Shown one piece after another: positions 19,247-29,252 of a stretch of DNA of 64,000 nucleotides (position 1 is the first letter of the stretch; every line of letters begins with the position of its first letter). The notes beneath the pieces were generated by a model that did no database searches, was not told where the DNA came from, and was given only the letters and a program-made list of their open reading frames with translations. Location: the IMG/VR virus record IMGVR_UViG_2654588115_000001, positions 1 through 64,000 of that record; one strand, 5' to 3'. The stretch is from a virus. Lineage: Duplodnaviria > Caudoviricetes. The position numbers and the translations under genes are program-made.

Positions 19247-19799
19247 TGCCCATCAGCTCCTTTTATCACATTATCCAGTAAGCTATCAGAATTGTCAATA
19301 TATAACCTGCCTACCAGCATTTATCTATGAATAACTATGTATGCCGACACAGAAGTCCCATTTTGTATGATACCTGTTTCATCCGGTCCGAATCCTGTTA
19401 TCCATTGGTATAACTATGTGTCACGCCATCTTCCAAGCCCCAAAATCTTCTGTATCACCTTGGTAAAGTCATTGCATCCCCTATGAATCAAGGCATGATG
19501 GCCGCTCATTGATGCAGAAATCCCTCAAAACCTGTATCACTGCGGTAAAAAGTGCCGTAATCCCTAGTAAATAAAGGCTTCCAGCTGGTTTTCATTGGTT
19601 ATTCTATGTATCACAATACGTATCACCCCCCATAATCCCAGTAAATACGCGGTCTGACGACTAAAAACTTTGAAAATGACGGCGAAACGCACGGACGGTC
19701 ACGCCCCGCCCCGGACCAGGAAAGGTTTCCCCCATTGGTGGGATTTTTCGCACCCCTCCCCCTATACTCACACAAAGAAGGGGGATTTTTCCCCATTGT

Positions 19800-20155
19800 T
19801 ACCACCAACAACGCCACCGCCACCGCTTCGACAAAGTACACCCACCGCACACACCACCGCCACCACACCGCCACCAACACCGCACCCCCCTATTTTACGG
19901 CGAAAAAAAGTATATGAAATATGTATTTAATATGTTTTTGTCAGATGAAGAGGAAAACACCGACAAAAACAACCACCGCACCACCGCCACCACATCGAAG
20001 GAGAGGGCAGAACAGGGGGATATATAAAGATGTTACCATGTAAGAAAATCCCTGCCGTTTTACCGTTGGTATAGTATCAAACCGCTGCAACCTTCCCCCA
20101 ATGGCTACACCAACGCAATAACACCACTATACAAAGTTATAACACCGCCACCGCT
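19800..20155 (+). repeat. strand-biased CACCGC/CCACC repeat cluster
   Basis: Around ten CACCGC copies, e.g. acgccaccgccaccgc, accaccgccaccacaccgccacc, accaccgcaccaccgccacc. Confidence 0.7.
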
Positions 20156-20304
20156 GAAAATATCCAATAAAATATTTTTTTCTTTTCCCCCTATTAATGA
20201 AGAGAAAAGACAATATTATACAATGCTGCAACCTTGTAAGCCTTGAAGTATAAGGGTATTTATGCTTTTTATATTTTATTTTACAAAAAGTTAAAGATAA
20301 CGCT

Positions 20305-20333
20305 TGACGTTCATGTTAAAGGACGATATACTT
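20305..20333 (+). promoter_or_regulatory. early-region sigma70 promoter
   Basis: TTGACG-17-TATACT with operator-like ATTTTATTTTACA at 20273-20285. Confidence 0.65.
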
Positions 20334-20485
20334 TTAATTGTCAAAGGGAAAACAACAAAACGTATTCCGCTTGTGTACTTATCGCCGTAACCATCGCAGG
20401 GGAGGGATTAAAGGCAAGTGATACAAAGTAGGGTTTTACCAATGACAACGCCAAATTAATAGTTTTATGAAAAGAGGTTTTAACC

Positions 20486-21046
20486 ATGAAGAAAACTTAT
20501 GTATCTGTAAACAATCGCCGTTTTTTTCGTATTGAAGTAAAAGACAAAGAAAAGGAATTAGCTACAAAGTTATATGCCGAATTACAGGATGTATTTCCTT
20601 GTGCCGTATACAAAGAGAATCCTGCCGATAACATGCCGAATATAATTGTAGAATTAAACGAATTTCATTTTACTACTGTAAAGGATTTTAAGGCAGAATT
20701 TAACAAAGTTTATAACATGGTTAAAAAGGACGGTTCCACCCTAAATAAAGACGAAAAAAACGTCCCCAAAATGGAAAATACACCTACATGCTACACCGCC
20801 AAAAATACGGCTAAAAAAGTAAGAAGACGTAACCACCAGATTGTAAAAGCAAGGAATTTATACAATCACATGGTTAATACCATGATGGAGGAGAACTTTG
20901 ATAAATATGATAATTCCCCCCTTAATTTTCATCTTGTAAACCATGCACCAGCATTTTATTACAAGTCGTTTGCACAGTACAGGGAAGCAAAAAAGATTTA
21001 TAACTTTTCTAAGTATCATACAAGGTTTTTTCCTGCCGTTGCATAA
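20486..21046 (+). CDS. early hypothetical protein
   Basis: AGAGG RBS; first gene of the AT-rich + strand cluster. Confidence 0.7.
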   Translation: MKKTYVSVNNRRFFRIEVKDKEKELATKLYAELQDVFPCAVYKENPADNMPNIIVELNEFHFTTVKDFKAEFNKVYNMVKKDGSTLNKDEKNVPKMENTPTCYTAKNTAKKVRRRNHQIVKARNLYNHMVNTMMEENFDKYDNSPLNFHLVNHAPAFYYKSFAQYREAKKIYNFSKYHTRFFPAVA

Positions 21047-21093
21047 ATGTAAAATAAGAACGTCATTTTTATAATATTATTGGAGGTATAGCA

Positions 21094-21309
21094 ATGTATA
21101 TAAAAAAAGAATACTCATTTACTGACCTGCTTAATAATTCCTGGTCTGGTGCTACGCAAGTATTAGAAAAAATCGAAGAAGACGGCAGAGAAAATGAAGC
21201 CATGGGAATCATAGAAGAAACATTTTACGGCGAAGTTCCCACCGATACACAGGTTAATGATTTTATATGGTTTGACCTTGCGGACATTATGGGATTATAC
21301 GAAGAATAA
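21094..21309 (+). CDS. small acidic early protein (WSGA...TQVNDFIWFD)
   Basis: GGAGG RBS; strongly acidic 71 aa. Confidence 0.75.
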   Translation: MYIKKEYSFTDLLNNSWSGATQVLEKIEEDGRENEAMGIIEETFYGEVPTDTQVNDFIWFDLADIMGLYEE

Positions 21310-21328
21310 CACTATGGAGGGATAGACA

Positions 21329-21568
21329 ATGGATAACAAAGTTATAGCGGTAAAGGCTGACAGTGCGTTTTCTGGATTCGCAATACACGAAATTATATAT
21401 GGAATTGACGATAAAGTATTATTTTCCTACCAATGGAAAGGCATAGACGGTATGAAAAGCACAAAGAAAATACAGTCAAAAATCAGATATACGGCGAAGG
21501 GTAAAGCCTATTTTATGGCAAGGAAACAACGTCAATATTTAGATGAATTTATGAAAGTAGGGGCATAA
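21329..21568 (+). CDS. early hypothetical protein
   Basis: GGAGG RBS; operon packing. Confidence 0.7.
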   Translation: MDNKVIAVKADSAFSGFAIHEIIYGIDDKVLFSYQWKGIDGMKSTKKIQSKIRYTAKGKAYFMARKQRQYLDEFMKVGA

Positions 21569-21755
21569 AAATGAAAAGAGTAAACACAAAGATTATTGAC
21601 CTTTTAATGTATGTTATCGGTTTATATAGCCGTAAAAAATCAGTGGTAACTTGTGACGGTGTGTTTTGTGGCTATGCTTACAGTGGCTATCCTGTCCGCC
21701 GTTACCTATGGACAGCCGTATTATTCGGCGCAATGGTAGCAGGTTTGATTATTGA

Positions 21756-22172
21756 TTGATGGAGGGATTAAAAATGCGTGTGCTTATGGCAAAAGGAAAA
21801 GAAATAAAAATGTATGGTGGCAAGTTCTGGGGCGTAGAAGTTTCACCGTATGGAATGAAGCATAAGTGTTTAGACTATAAAACTATGGTTATTGCCTTGA
21901 CCTATAACGAATGTTTTTCAAATTACAATGTAATGACAGCCGTTAATGATTGGGACCTTGAAAATGGTAGCGACTACAACGAAGAAAATGACGAATACAT
22001 AGAGGTGATGGACTACCTTATTATGAGCCCACGCGCAGCCGAAAACATAAAGAAATATACCGATGAAATTGTTTATTATTCCCCATCATTGGACCTGTAT
22101 GTATTAGGTGTTTGTCATTGTGGCACATCATGGGATTATGTAAGCACTGATTATGAAATTATTGGAGAATAA
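21756..22172 (+). CDS. acidic early protein (GVCHCGTSWDYV motif)
   Basis: GGAGG RBS before internal ATG 21774; acidic; motif recognised from other phage early proteins. Confidence 0.7.
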   Translation: MMEGLKMRVLMAKGKEIKMYGGKFWGVEVSPYGMKHKCLDYKTMVIALTYNECFSNYNVMTAVNDWDLENGSDYNEENDEYIEVMDYLIMSPRAAENIKKYTDEIVYYSPSLDLYVLGVCHCGTSWDYVSTDYEIIGE

Positions 22173-22174
22173 CA

Positions 22175-22432
22175 ATGGAAAAGTTTTTGCATTATGTGAC
22201 AGTAGAAATAAATCTTGAAAAAGAAAAGTTTTGCCGTGAAGTATGGAAGGATATAACCAAGGCTTATGGTGTTACCTTCCCTGCCGACCTTGATAGTGCT
22301 ACCTATTGGGGCATAAGCGACCTAACAGGGCTATGGTCAGATGTGGTGCCGGTCCAGACAGAAAATGGAAACTATTCCATAGATGTTTATGTTATACCTG
22401 CCATTGTAAACGGCGACTATATGGAGGTCTAA
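22175..22432 (+). CDS. early hypothetical protein
   Basis: GGAG RBS; tight packing. Confidence 0.65.
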   Translation: MEKFLHYVTVEINLEKEKFCREVWKDITKAYGVTFPADLDSATYWGISDLTGLWSDVVPVQTENGNYSIDVYVIPAIVNGDYMEV

Positions 22433-22435
22433 CAA

Positions 22436-22747
22436 ATGGGGTATACAGTGAAAATCCTGCCGTTATTTCGTGGCGTAAAAGGTGTAAGAATTATACACCG
22501 TGGCCCATGGTCCGACCCGTTGTTAGTTTATAGAGGGTACATGTTTAACTATTGGGATATAGAGGAGGCATTATGGGACCACTTTTTAGCGGACCAGGGC
22601 GAAAATGAAGCCGATTATAAAAACCTAGCAGCGGTGGATGAACAAGACAAACGGTTTAATCAGTGGCTGCAAGCTAACCGAGAAACACAAAACTATTTAG
22701 ACGATTGTATTTTAGGCAAGTGTTATACAGGTTATTTCTATAAATAA
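22436..22747 (+). CDS. early hypothetical protein
   Basis: GGAGG RBS; tight packing. Confidence 0.7.
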   Translation: MGYTVKILPLFRGVKGVRIIHRGPWSDPLLVYRGYMFNYWDIEEALWDHFLADQGENEADYKNLAAVDEQDKRFNQWLQANRETQNYLDDCILGKCYTGYFYK

Positions 22748-22766
22748 ATGAAAGGTGGATTAAATT

Positions 22767-23066
22767 ATGAAAATGCAAAGATATATTGATTTGCTACCAC
22801 ATGGTAGCGGCGTAAATTATGACTATAAGATTAAAGAGGGTAAAAACAAGATAACTGTTTACAACAAATATGATTACATGGACGAAAACGGTTATTATGA
22901 CGATATATTCCCGTTTTCCGTAACCTTTACCGCCGAAAATGTAACCTTGCATTTTCATAATTTAACAAGATGGCAATATAAAAAAATTGAACATAACGGA
23001 CTTCGCGACTATTTAGAAGAAATTTTCTACGATGTAAGAGAAAAAGTATTAAAGGTAGGTGCTTAA
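22767..23066 (+). CDS. early hypothetical protein (LPHGSGV motif)
   Basis: AAGGTGG RBS. Confidence 0.7.
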   Translation: MKMQRYIDLLPHGSGVNYDYKIKEGKNKITVYNKYDYMDENGYYDDIFPFSVTFTAENVTLHFHNLTRWQYKKIEHNGLRDYLEEIFYDVREKVLKVGA

Positions 23067-23724
23067 AATGAGAATCGAAAAGAAAATCATTGCAGCGGTA
23101 TATATTCCGGCCCATGTAGAAACTACAAAATACTACAAGTTCACCGAACTTAATAAGGAAATACAGGAACGACTCATTAAAGAGAAACAAGACGAAGTAA
23201 CCAACGATGAATATTTTTGGCAGGATATTTACTGTGATGAATTCAAGGAAAGTGCATTAAATACAATCCGTGAGAAAATCCCAGGTATTGAAGGTGAGGA
23301 ATTACAATTTTCTCTTAATTGTTGTCAAGGTGATGGCGTATCATTCACTGGTGAATTAGGGGAGGAAAATATAGCATCCTTACTATCATTGGTATATGGT
23401 GGTAACATTCCGCGTCAAGTAAATAGAATTATCCCCCATATGGAAAGCATATTTTTTGAACGTAATAGGCATTTAAGATATTGCCACGAATACACTGTAA
23501 GTACCGAAATAAAAATTAATGGTCACGAATACTATACAGAATTTTATCCACGAATCGAAAAACTATTGGAAGGTCTGGAAAAGCAAATTGACCAATACAG
23601 GGTAGAAATCTGTAAGGAATTGGAAAAAGAAGGTTATGACCTACAAGATTACTACACAAGCCGTGAATATGCTATCCAGGAACTATCCAGCAACGAATAC
23701 TACGAATCCGGGGAGGTAGCATAA
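23059..23724 (+). CDS. acidic hypothetical protein (QGDGVSF...YCHEY family)
   Basis: Motifs FSLNCCQGDGVSFTG, YCHEYT, LEKEGY as seen in mobile-element leading-region proteins. Confidence 0.65.
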   Translation: MLKMRIEKKIIAAVYIPAHVETTKYYKFTELNKEIQERLIKEKQDEVTNDEYFWQDIYCDEFKESALNTIREKIPGIEGEELQFSLNCCQGDGVSFTGELGEENIASLLSLVYGGNIPRQVNRIIPHMESIFFERNRHLRYCHEYTVSTEIKINGHEYYTEFYPRIEKLLEGLEKQIDQYRVEICKELEKEGYDLQDYYTSREYAIQELSSNEYYESGEVA

Positions 23725-23886
23725 AATGTGGCAGTGGGTAGGTGACTATATTATAGAACCAGTGGGCTTTTGCTATGGCGTAAAGGAAAATCAGTGTGGT
23801 TCGTTCATCACCATTTTTCGTGGAAAATGGTCCGCTTGTTATCGTTATGCTATGGATAAGACAAAACAACGGGAGGCACGGAGAAA

Positions 23887-24081
23887 ATGTTAATCCCACG
23901 AAAAAAGCATAGCAACGGCAGCTATACATGGGCCGTATGGAATACAAAAGAAAAACATTGGGATAATTCCCCAATATTTCTCGAATATGACACAAAACAA
24001 GAATGTAATAATGTGATTAGGTACTTTGTAAAAGAAGGTGGCCTACTCGACAATGTTAAGCATAATAAATACAGTTTATAA
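23887..24081 (+). CDS. early hypothetical protein
   Basis: GGAGG/GGAG RBS. Confidence 0.55.
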   Translation: MLIPRKKHSNGSYTWAVWNTKEKHWDNSPIFLEYDTKQECNNVIRYFVKEGGLLDNVKHNKYSL

Positions 24082-24824
24082 TGGAGAGCAAAATCATGGA
24101 AAATAATGTAATTTCAACTGGTTCATGGAAAGAATATCAGCGAATTGTGTTCTACAAAGATAAAACCACTGCAACTGCAAAGGACCTAAACTCAACAGAG
24201 TTCAATTTACCACCAGAGAATTGGAAGGACCAGGTTAAAACGCCGTTTGACCGAGTGTTTATCCAGAACTACCATGGAATCGTGATTGACAGTAACCTTA
24301 AAATTCGCAATGCTCGCAAGCTAAATCTGGAAAAGAACGATGTGTTTGCCTACAAAGAAGGTGAAAACAAAAGCCTTTATATTCCCACAGATGTGTCGTT
24401 GGTAGGTACAGAGAAAAAAGTAGAAACAAGATACGGCTATCATCTTTACAACAAATACGAAGTTCTTCACCCCGTGGAAGTAGAAATAATGGGAATCAAT
24501 GAAATCAGCAAGGAAGAATCCGACAGACTTTGTAACGAGTGGGGAAGGACCACACACTATGCTGACGGTATTCACTACGAAACAAAATACAGGGAAGCGA
24601 GTTTTATAGGCAATGAATCATGGTTATTAATTCAGCGTTTCACGATGGTATTACCTTACTTTTATCATTTAGAATTTAACGAGATTATTCGCAGTGATTT
24701 TTATAAAAAAACTGATGGTATAGCAGATAAAATCAATGGTATTTTACACAGGAAAATATTATCGCACTATGATATAGGCGAACTATTAAACCACTTTGAT
24801 ATTACAGAAAAACAGGAGCAATAA
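24081..24824 (+). CDS. early hypothetical protein
   Basis: 247-aa ORF in the operon. Confidence 0.7.
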   Translation: MESKIMENNVISTGSWKEYQRIVFYKDKTTATAKDLNSTEFNLPPENWKDQVKTPFDRVFIQNYHGIVIDSNLKIRNARKLNLEKNDVFAYKEGENKSLYIPTDVSLVGTEKKVETRYGYHLYNKYEVLHPVEVEIMGINEISKEESDRLCNEWGRTTHYADGIHYETKYREASFIGNESWLLIQRFTMVLPYFYHLEFNEIIRSDFYKKTDGIADKINGILHRKILSHYDIGELLNHFDITEKQEQ

Positions 24825-24827
24825 ACT

Positions 24828-25088
24828 ATGGAACCGAAAAGAGAATCTACCAGAGCCCGTTGTTATAACTTTTTAGCAATGAATTGTGATGGAGCATTGA
24901 AGGTAAAGGCCAATGGCATGTTCAACTGGAAAAGCGTATATAATGACTGTGAAACTAAAATAGGATTACTTTGCGAGATTCTACGCATTGACAAAAGCAG
25001 CCTTAACTACCATGAAACTGTCAAAAAATACCGTCCAGACTTATTTGAACAGAGTTTTTACGATGATGTAAGGAAGTGGGTAAAATGA
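24828..25088 (+). CDS. early hypothetical protein
   Basis: AGGAG RBS. Confidence 0.65.
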   Translation: MEPKRESTRARCYNFLAMNCDGALKVKANGMFNWKSVYNDCETKIGLLCEILRIDKSSLNYHETVKKYRPDLFEQSFYDDVRKWVK

Positions 25089-25312
25089 TGGAAAAATGGG
25101 AAAAAGAACACGCGCAGGATGTCATTGAGAAAATGGTAGAGCATTACCTTTACTATTACCCTAAGTACAAGGTGGAAGCAGCAGGTTATGAGGCGAAAAT
25201 CGAAGGGTACATTCAAGGTATTGCCTTTGCTGACCAGGAATTTTCAAAAAAGATGAAACTGCATTCCTTCACGCTGATGTATCGTGGATTAAAGAGGAGG
25301 TATGAAAAGTGA
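25076..25312 (+). CDS. early hypothetical protein
   Basis: Overlapping operon packing; EGYI motif shared with the next gene. Confidence 0.6.
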   Translation: MGKMMEKWEKEHAQDVIEKMVEHYLYYYPKYKVEAAGYEAKIEGYIQGIAFADQEFSKKMKLHSFTLMYRGLKRRYEK

Positions 25313-25533
25313 ATCTCATTGAATTAGAAAAACACATGGGTAAAATAAAATACTATGCCCTCCTAATGGCAAATGAAGTGGTAAACGGCGAAAAGACAAC
25401 AGTATGGACTGATTACAGAAACCGCGCCGAAGGTTACATAGAATGTATTTCTGTGGCATTTGACAACGAAATCGGCAAGCAGCTAGAAAAATACATGTGG
25501 GATTCTTACAAGCACATTATGGAGGACAAATAA
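25309..25533 (+). CDS. early hypothetical protein
   Basis: GAGGAGG RBS; GTGA overlap. Confidence 0.65.
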   Translation: MNLIELEKHMGKIKYYALLMANEVVNGEKTTVWTDYRNRAEGYIECISVAFDNEIGKQLEKYMWDSYKHIMEDK

Positions 25534-25534
25534 A

Positions 25535-25891
25535 ATGGAACTTTTGGAAACCTTACAGGAAATTTGCAATGGCACGAATTGGGAACCGGAACACGAAGAC
25601 GGCAACACCTATGGTTTCCGTTGGACCGGTGGGGATTACGATGGCTACATCATACTTTCCGGCGATACTATCAGCGACCTTGAAGACGATGCCTATGTAG
25701 CCTATGAGAACTTCGATGTTGACGAAGAAACTGCCCTCTGGATTGGCGAGGACGGACACGGCAAGAACGGCGCCCCGTACCGCATTAGGGATATTCTGGA
25801 GGAATTTGAGAACTACGAAAAGGACCTGGAAAACCTCTGGGATAACCTGCGAAGGGCACGCCAGAGAGAGGAGGGCATGGCACAATGGTAA
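25535..25891 (+). CDS. very acidic early protein (GHGKNGAPY motif)
   Basis: GGAGG RBS; D/E-rich 118 aa. Confidence 0.75.
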   Translation: MELLETLQEICNGTNWEPEHEDGNTYGFRWTGGDYDGYIILSGDTISDLEDDAYVAYENFDVDEETALWIGEDGHGKNGAPYRIRDILEEFENYEKDLENLWDNLRRARQREEGMAQW

Positions 25892-26060
25892 GATACGAAC
25901 CCAGGCAAAGAGAGGCTATTGACGGCGTTGTGTGGTGGGTTCCCTATGACATGCAGAAAAACCGTTATTCCACCCTGCTATGCCACGGCAAATACCGCAC
26001 GAAAAAGGCATGTGCTGCTGCTATCAAATTCTATGAACATTGCTATAGAGGTAACTGACC

Positions 26061-26312
26061 ATGAAAAGATACTTGAATATTACCCACAAGGGATTCACAG
26101 TTGGCACTCGCCCCACCAAACACTCGCTAGGGGCCGCCGATATTCCGAAACTGAACCTGAAATACAATCAGCGAATTGCTCTGATTGACCACTTTATAGG
26201 AATCGGGCTCCTATTCTGGGGTCATGACTATGATTTCTGCGGTAACGAAACGCCGGACCAGAAGTTGTACCTTACCGATGCAGGGTTCCGGACAGCGTTC
26301 GGAAGACATTAA
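26061..26312 (+). CDS. hypothetical protein
   Basis: GAGGT RBS. Confidence 0.55.
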   Translation: MKRYLNITHKGFTVGTRPTKHSLGAADIPKLNLKYNQRIALIDHFIGIGLLFWGHDYDFCGNETPDQKLYLTDAGFRTAFGRH

Positions 26313-26340
26313 ACATGATATAATATACGGAGGATTTACC

Positions 26341-26589
26341 ATGATTTATGATATTGTTGAATGTGTAGAAAACTGCCACGGCAGCTATGAATCAGAGAAT
26401 ACAGAAAAATATATTATCGTCAACAACACCAACGACCACAAGGACATTTTGGCAAGCGTGGCTGCCGAAACGGGCACTCCTGCCCACAGCCTGTATGTTA
26501 CCCATGAATTTGACGATGATTGGATTCCCCTTAACTACCGTAGCGATAACGCGCCGGCCTATGATTTGCGCCGGAGAAACATGGAATAA
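26341..26589 (+). CDS. hypothetical protein
   Basis: GGAGG RBS before ATG 26341; TATAAT upstream. Confidence 0.6.
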   Translation: MIYDIVECVENCHGSYESENTEKYIIVNNTNDHKDILASVAAETGTPAHSLYVTHEFDDDWIPLNYRSDNAPAYDLRRRNME

Positions 26590-27416
26590 TGAGAGGTGCG
26601 AACATGACTATTTACAATGACTTCCTTGAAGAAATCCGCAAGACCCGCCGCCAATCCACCTATAAAAACTACAAACGTGCCCTTACTCTGTTCCCCGATG
26701 GCTCCGAGGACGAAATCGTGGATTACATTGATAAATCCGAGCACTCCGGCGTTACCAAAAAAAACAACCTCCGTGTCCTCAGTATCGCCTTGAAATATAA
26801 CGGAGCACTGACCAAAGGCATCCACCGCATAATCAGCACCTTCAAACCCGATGAGCCCATCCAGGAATGCCCTACAGACGAGCAGGTAGAACTCGTATGG
26901 CAGAACCTCAACAAAGACCGTGACCGCGCCATATTCGCACTGATGGCCTACATGGGCTTGCGCGTTGGCGAGGTCCACAATCTCGACCTGGGCGACATTA
27001 CCGAAGATGGCAGAATCATCATCCGGAAATCCAAAGGCCACCGTGCCGACATTATGCCCATGGTACACGAGCGCGTAGAACGGTCATTACAGAACTATAT
27101 TGCCGGAGAGCGCCGAGAATCCCATGACAATGCCCTCTTTACAAGCTGCCATGGCAGATTATCCCTCATATACTTGCAGCAGATTATCAAAACCGAATTT
27201 ACCGATAACGGCCTTGGTAAATTCCACTGCCATTCCTTGCGCCGCTACTTTGCCAATTCCATGTATAACCATGGCGTTTCCCTGCTCGATATGCAGGACT
27301 GTATGCGCCACGCCTCGCCGGAAACCACACGCCGTTACCTCAATCTGAGTCAGCAGAACCGCATCGATGCAATGAAAAAGGCTTTCGATGGCAATGTAGG
27401 AAGGAGATTTGCCTAA
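26589..27416 (+). CDS. tyrosine recombinase (Xer/Cre-like, no arm-binding domain)
   Basis: Catalytic R (GLRVGE), K (RKSKG), HSLRR, RHASPETT, Y (RRYL); only 275 aa. Confidence 0.92.
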   Translation: MRGANMTIYNDFLEEIRKTRRQSTYKNYKRALTLFPDGSEDEIVDYIDKSEHSGVTKKNNLRVLSIALKYNGALTKGIHRIISTFKPDEPIQECPTDEQVELVWQNLNKDRDRAIFALMAYMGLRVGEVHNLDLGDITEDGRIIIRKSKGHRADIMPMVHERVERSLQNYIAGERRESHDNALFTSCHGRLSLIYLQQIIKTEFTDNGLGKFHCHSLRRYFANSMYNHGVSLLDMQDCMRHASPETTRRYLNLSQQNRIDAMKKAFDGNVGRRFA

Positions 27417-27527
27417 TGTTTCACTTCTTTGCCCTTATCATTGTCGTTTGGCTTTTGGCAATAAAGAACTTATAATATACTGGATGCCCCCGGTGCCACC
27501 GCCGAGGACTGAACGGAGGAAATAAAC

Positions 27528-28163
27528 GTGGACAAACAGAAAATCATGGAACGCATTGCCAAGCTAATGCAGAAAACCGAGGATAACGGCTGCACTCCCG
27601 AAGAAGCCGCAGCAGCCGCATCCATGGTACAAAAACTCATAGCCAAACACCATGTAGACATGGGTGAATTCCGAGAAGTCGAGGATATTGCCGCCGAAGA
27701 AACCTTTGCAGGTAAGCCGTGGATGGAATACCTTGCCAACATCATAGCCGAAAACACCTGCTGCCAAGTGGTGGGCGACCACATTCATCGCGGAAAAATC
27801 ATTCTTACCTTCATTGGCAAAGACACGGACAGAACGGCAGCCCTGCAAATATTCGATAAACTTGTCAACGTATGCAGGGTAGGTATTCAGCGAGAAAAAG
27901 CAAAATCAAAACTCCGCTATGGAACCTGCCGCAACGTAGAGCATAGCTATGCAATGGGCTTCATCATCGCCGTAAAAAAAGCCATGGACGAGCAATGTCG
28001 TGCTCTCACATTGGTAGTGCCAGAGGAAGTAAAGGCAAAAACCCATGAACTATTCCCCAATGTTTCCACCCAGAAAGCTCGCCCAGTTCGTCACGCAGAA
28101 GCATACACCGCAGGAAAACAAGACGGCGCGGATGCCGCAGGACAGAAAAGGATAGGTGCATAA
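27528..28163 (+). CDS. DUF2786-family protein
   Basis: KIMERIAKLM...TPEEAAAAASMVQKLIAKH N-terminus; AYTAGKQDG C-terminus. Confidence 0.75.
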   Translation: MDKQKIMERIAKLMQKTEDNGCTPEEAAAAASMVQKLIAKHHVDMGEFREVEDIAAEETFAGKPWMEYLANIIAENTCCQVVGDHIHRGKIILTFIGKDTDRTAALQIFDKLVNVCRVGIQREKAKSKLRYGTCRNVEHSYAMGFIIAVKKAMDEQCRALTLVVPEEVKAKTHELFPNVSTQKARPVRHAEAYTAGKQDGADAAGQKRIGA

Positions 28164-28746
28164 TATGAGCAATGAATTTACAGTATTCAAGGCCGGCGAA
28201 CAGTTCCCCATCGCCGATACTCGTGGCAAACAAGGTTTCTTCTTCGACTACGCCGAAGACAACATGGCCATACTTACCTGCTGCTTTCCCAATATGACCA
28301 AACGGGAAAGCGACCTAGTTCTCGCAAGCCACGGCACAGTAGGCCTCTTCATGTACCAGGGAGTTATCTTCTTCACCGCCAAATTCGGCAAGATTGACGG
28401 CGATGCTGCCTATAACATCAATCTGCACGAACATCCGGAGAAAATTATCGTTAAAGAGCCTGCACCAGGCACCGGCCTCCCCCTCTACATCTTCGCCGTA
28501 GACAGTGCCACCAACATTCTCATCGGCTCCCGTGTCTGCGGTCTTGGCACCCGATTCACCCATGACTTCCGCAAAATGACTGAGGAACAGCGCCACATGG
28601 ACTTTAACGAACCCACATTCATGCAGAGTGTCCTCGAATGCCAAAACCGTTGGACCACCAAAGACCTACACCGCATGGCTACCACCTACAAACTGGGCAC
28701 CAAGGAAGGGGAATCTCCCCTGGATATACTGGAAATTCCACGATGA
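28156..28746 (+). CDS. hypothetical protein
   Basis: 196-aa ORF coupled to the previous gene. Confidence 0.7.
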   Translation: MHNMSNEFTVFKAGEQFPIADTRGKQGFFFDYAEDNMAILTCCFPNMTKRESDLVLASHGTVGLFMYQGVIFFTAKFGKIDGDAAYNINLHEHPEKIIVKEPAPGTGLPLYIFAVDSATNILIGSRVCGLGTRFTHDFRKMTEEQRHMDFNEPTFMQSVLECQNRWTTKDLHRMATTYKLGTKEGESPLDILEIPR

Positions 28747-28787
28747 TAGATGGTATAATTAACAGATAGCAAAAGGGGGGCATAACC

Positions 28788-29006
28788 ATGGGAGCATTTG
28801 ACTTACCACATGACGAAGTATTTATCTATGATGATAAAAAGAGATGCGTTGCTATTATTGACGGTCATCCCTATGAAAGCGAGGTAAAAGAGTGGATAGA
28901 TGACTACGGAAATCCGAGGAAAATCACGGTAATGCCTCTTTCCGGCGAGGAATACACGGTCTATGAAGACGGCAAAATTATGAACTGCCAGCCCGATTTT
29001 ATGTGA
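28788..29006 (+). CDS. hypothetical protein
   Basis: TGgTATAAT promoter and AAGGGGGG RBS. Confidence 0.6.
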   Translation: MGAFDLPHDEVFIYDDKKRCVAIIDGHPYESEVKEWIDDYGNPRKITVMPLSGEEYTVYEDGKIMNCQPDFM

Positions 29007-29025
29007 GGAAAACAAGGAGCCAACG

Positions 29026-29226
29026 ATGTTATCAAAGAAAAAAGTTTCCTCAATGGATAACAAGGAATTGCTACAAACCACGATAAGATTAGAAGATAGT
29101 CTGATGGTTGAAGCGAACAGTCGACGAGGAGTGACCAAGAAAACCTCTCACGACATGGATATTTGCCTTGAGGAATTATGCCAACGTCTGGACATAGAGT
29201 ATAATCCGTCAGACTGGGACATATAA
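29026..29226 (+). CDS. possible ribbon-helix-helix protein
   Basis: AAGGAG RBS; QTTIRLEDSLM alternating beta pattern followed by helices. Confidence 0.45.
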   Translation: MLSKKKVSSMDNKELLQTTIRLEDSLMVEANSRRGVTKKTSHDMDICLEELCQRLDIEYNPSDWDI

Positions 29227-29252
29227 GAGTTTTCAAATCCGATATAGAGGTT

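Noticed and set aside
19623-19930. Pro/Thr/His-rich ORFs over the CACCGC cluster
   Set aside because: Low-complexity translations of the repeat; no RBS
26589-27416. Recombinase as a prophage integrase marking an att boundary
   Set aside because: No arm-binding domain, phage genes on both sides, no host DNA or tRNA att seen; a resolvase role fits better, though integration is not excluded
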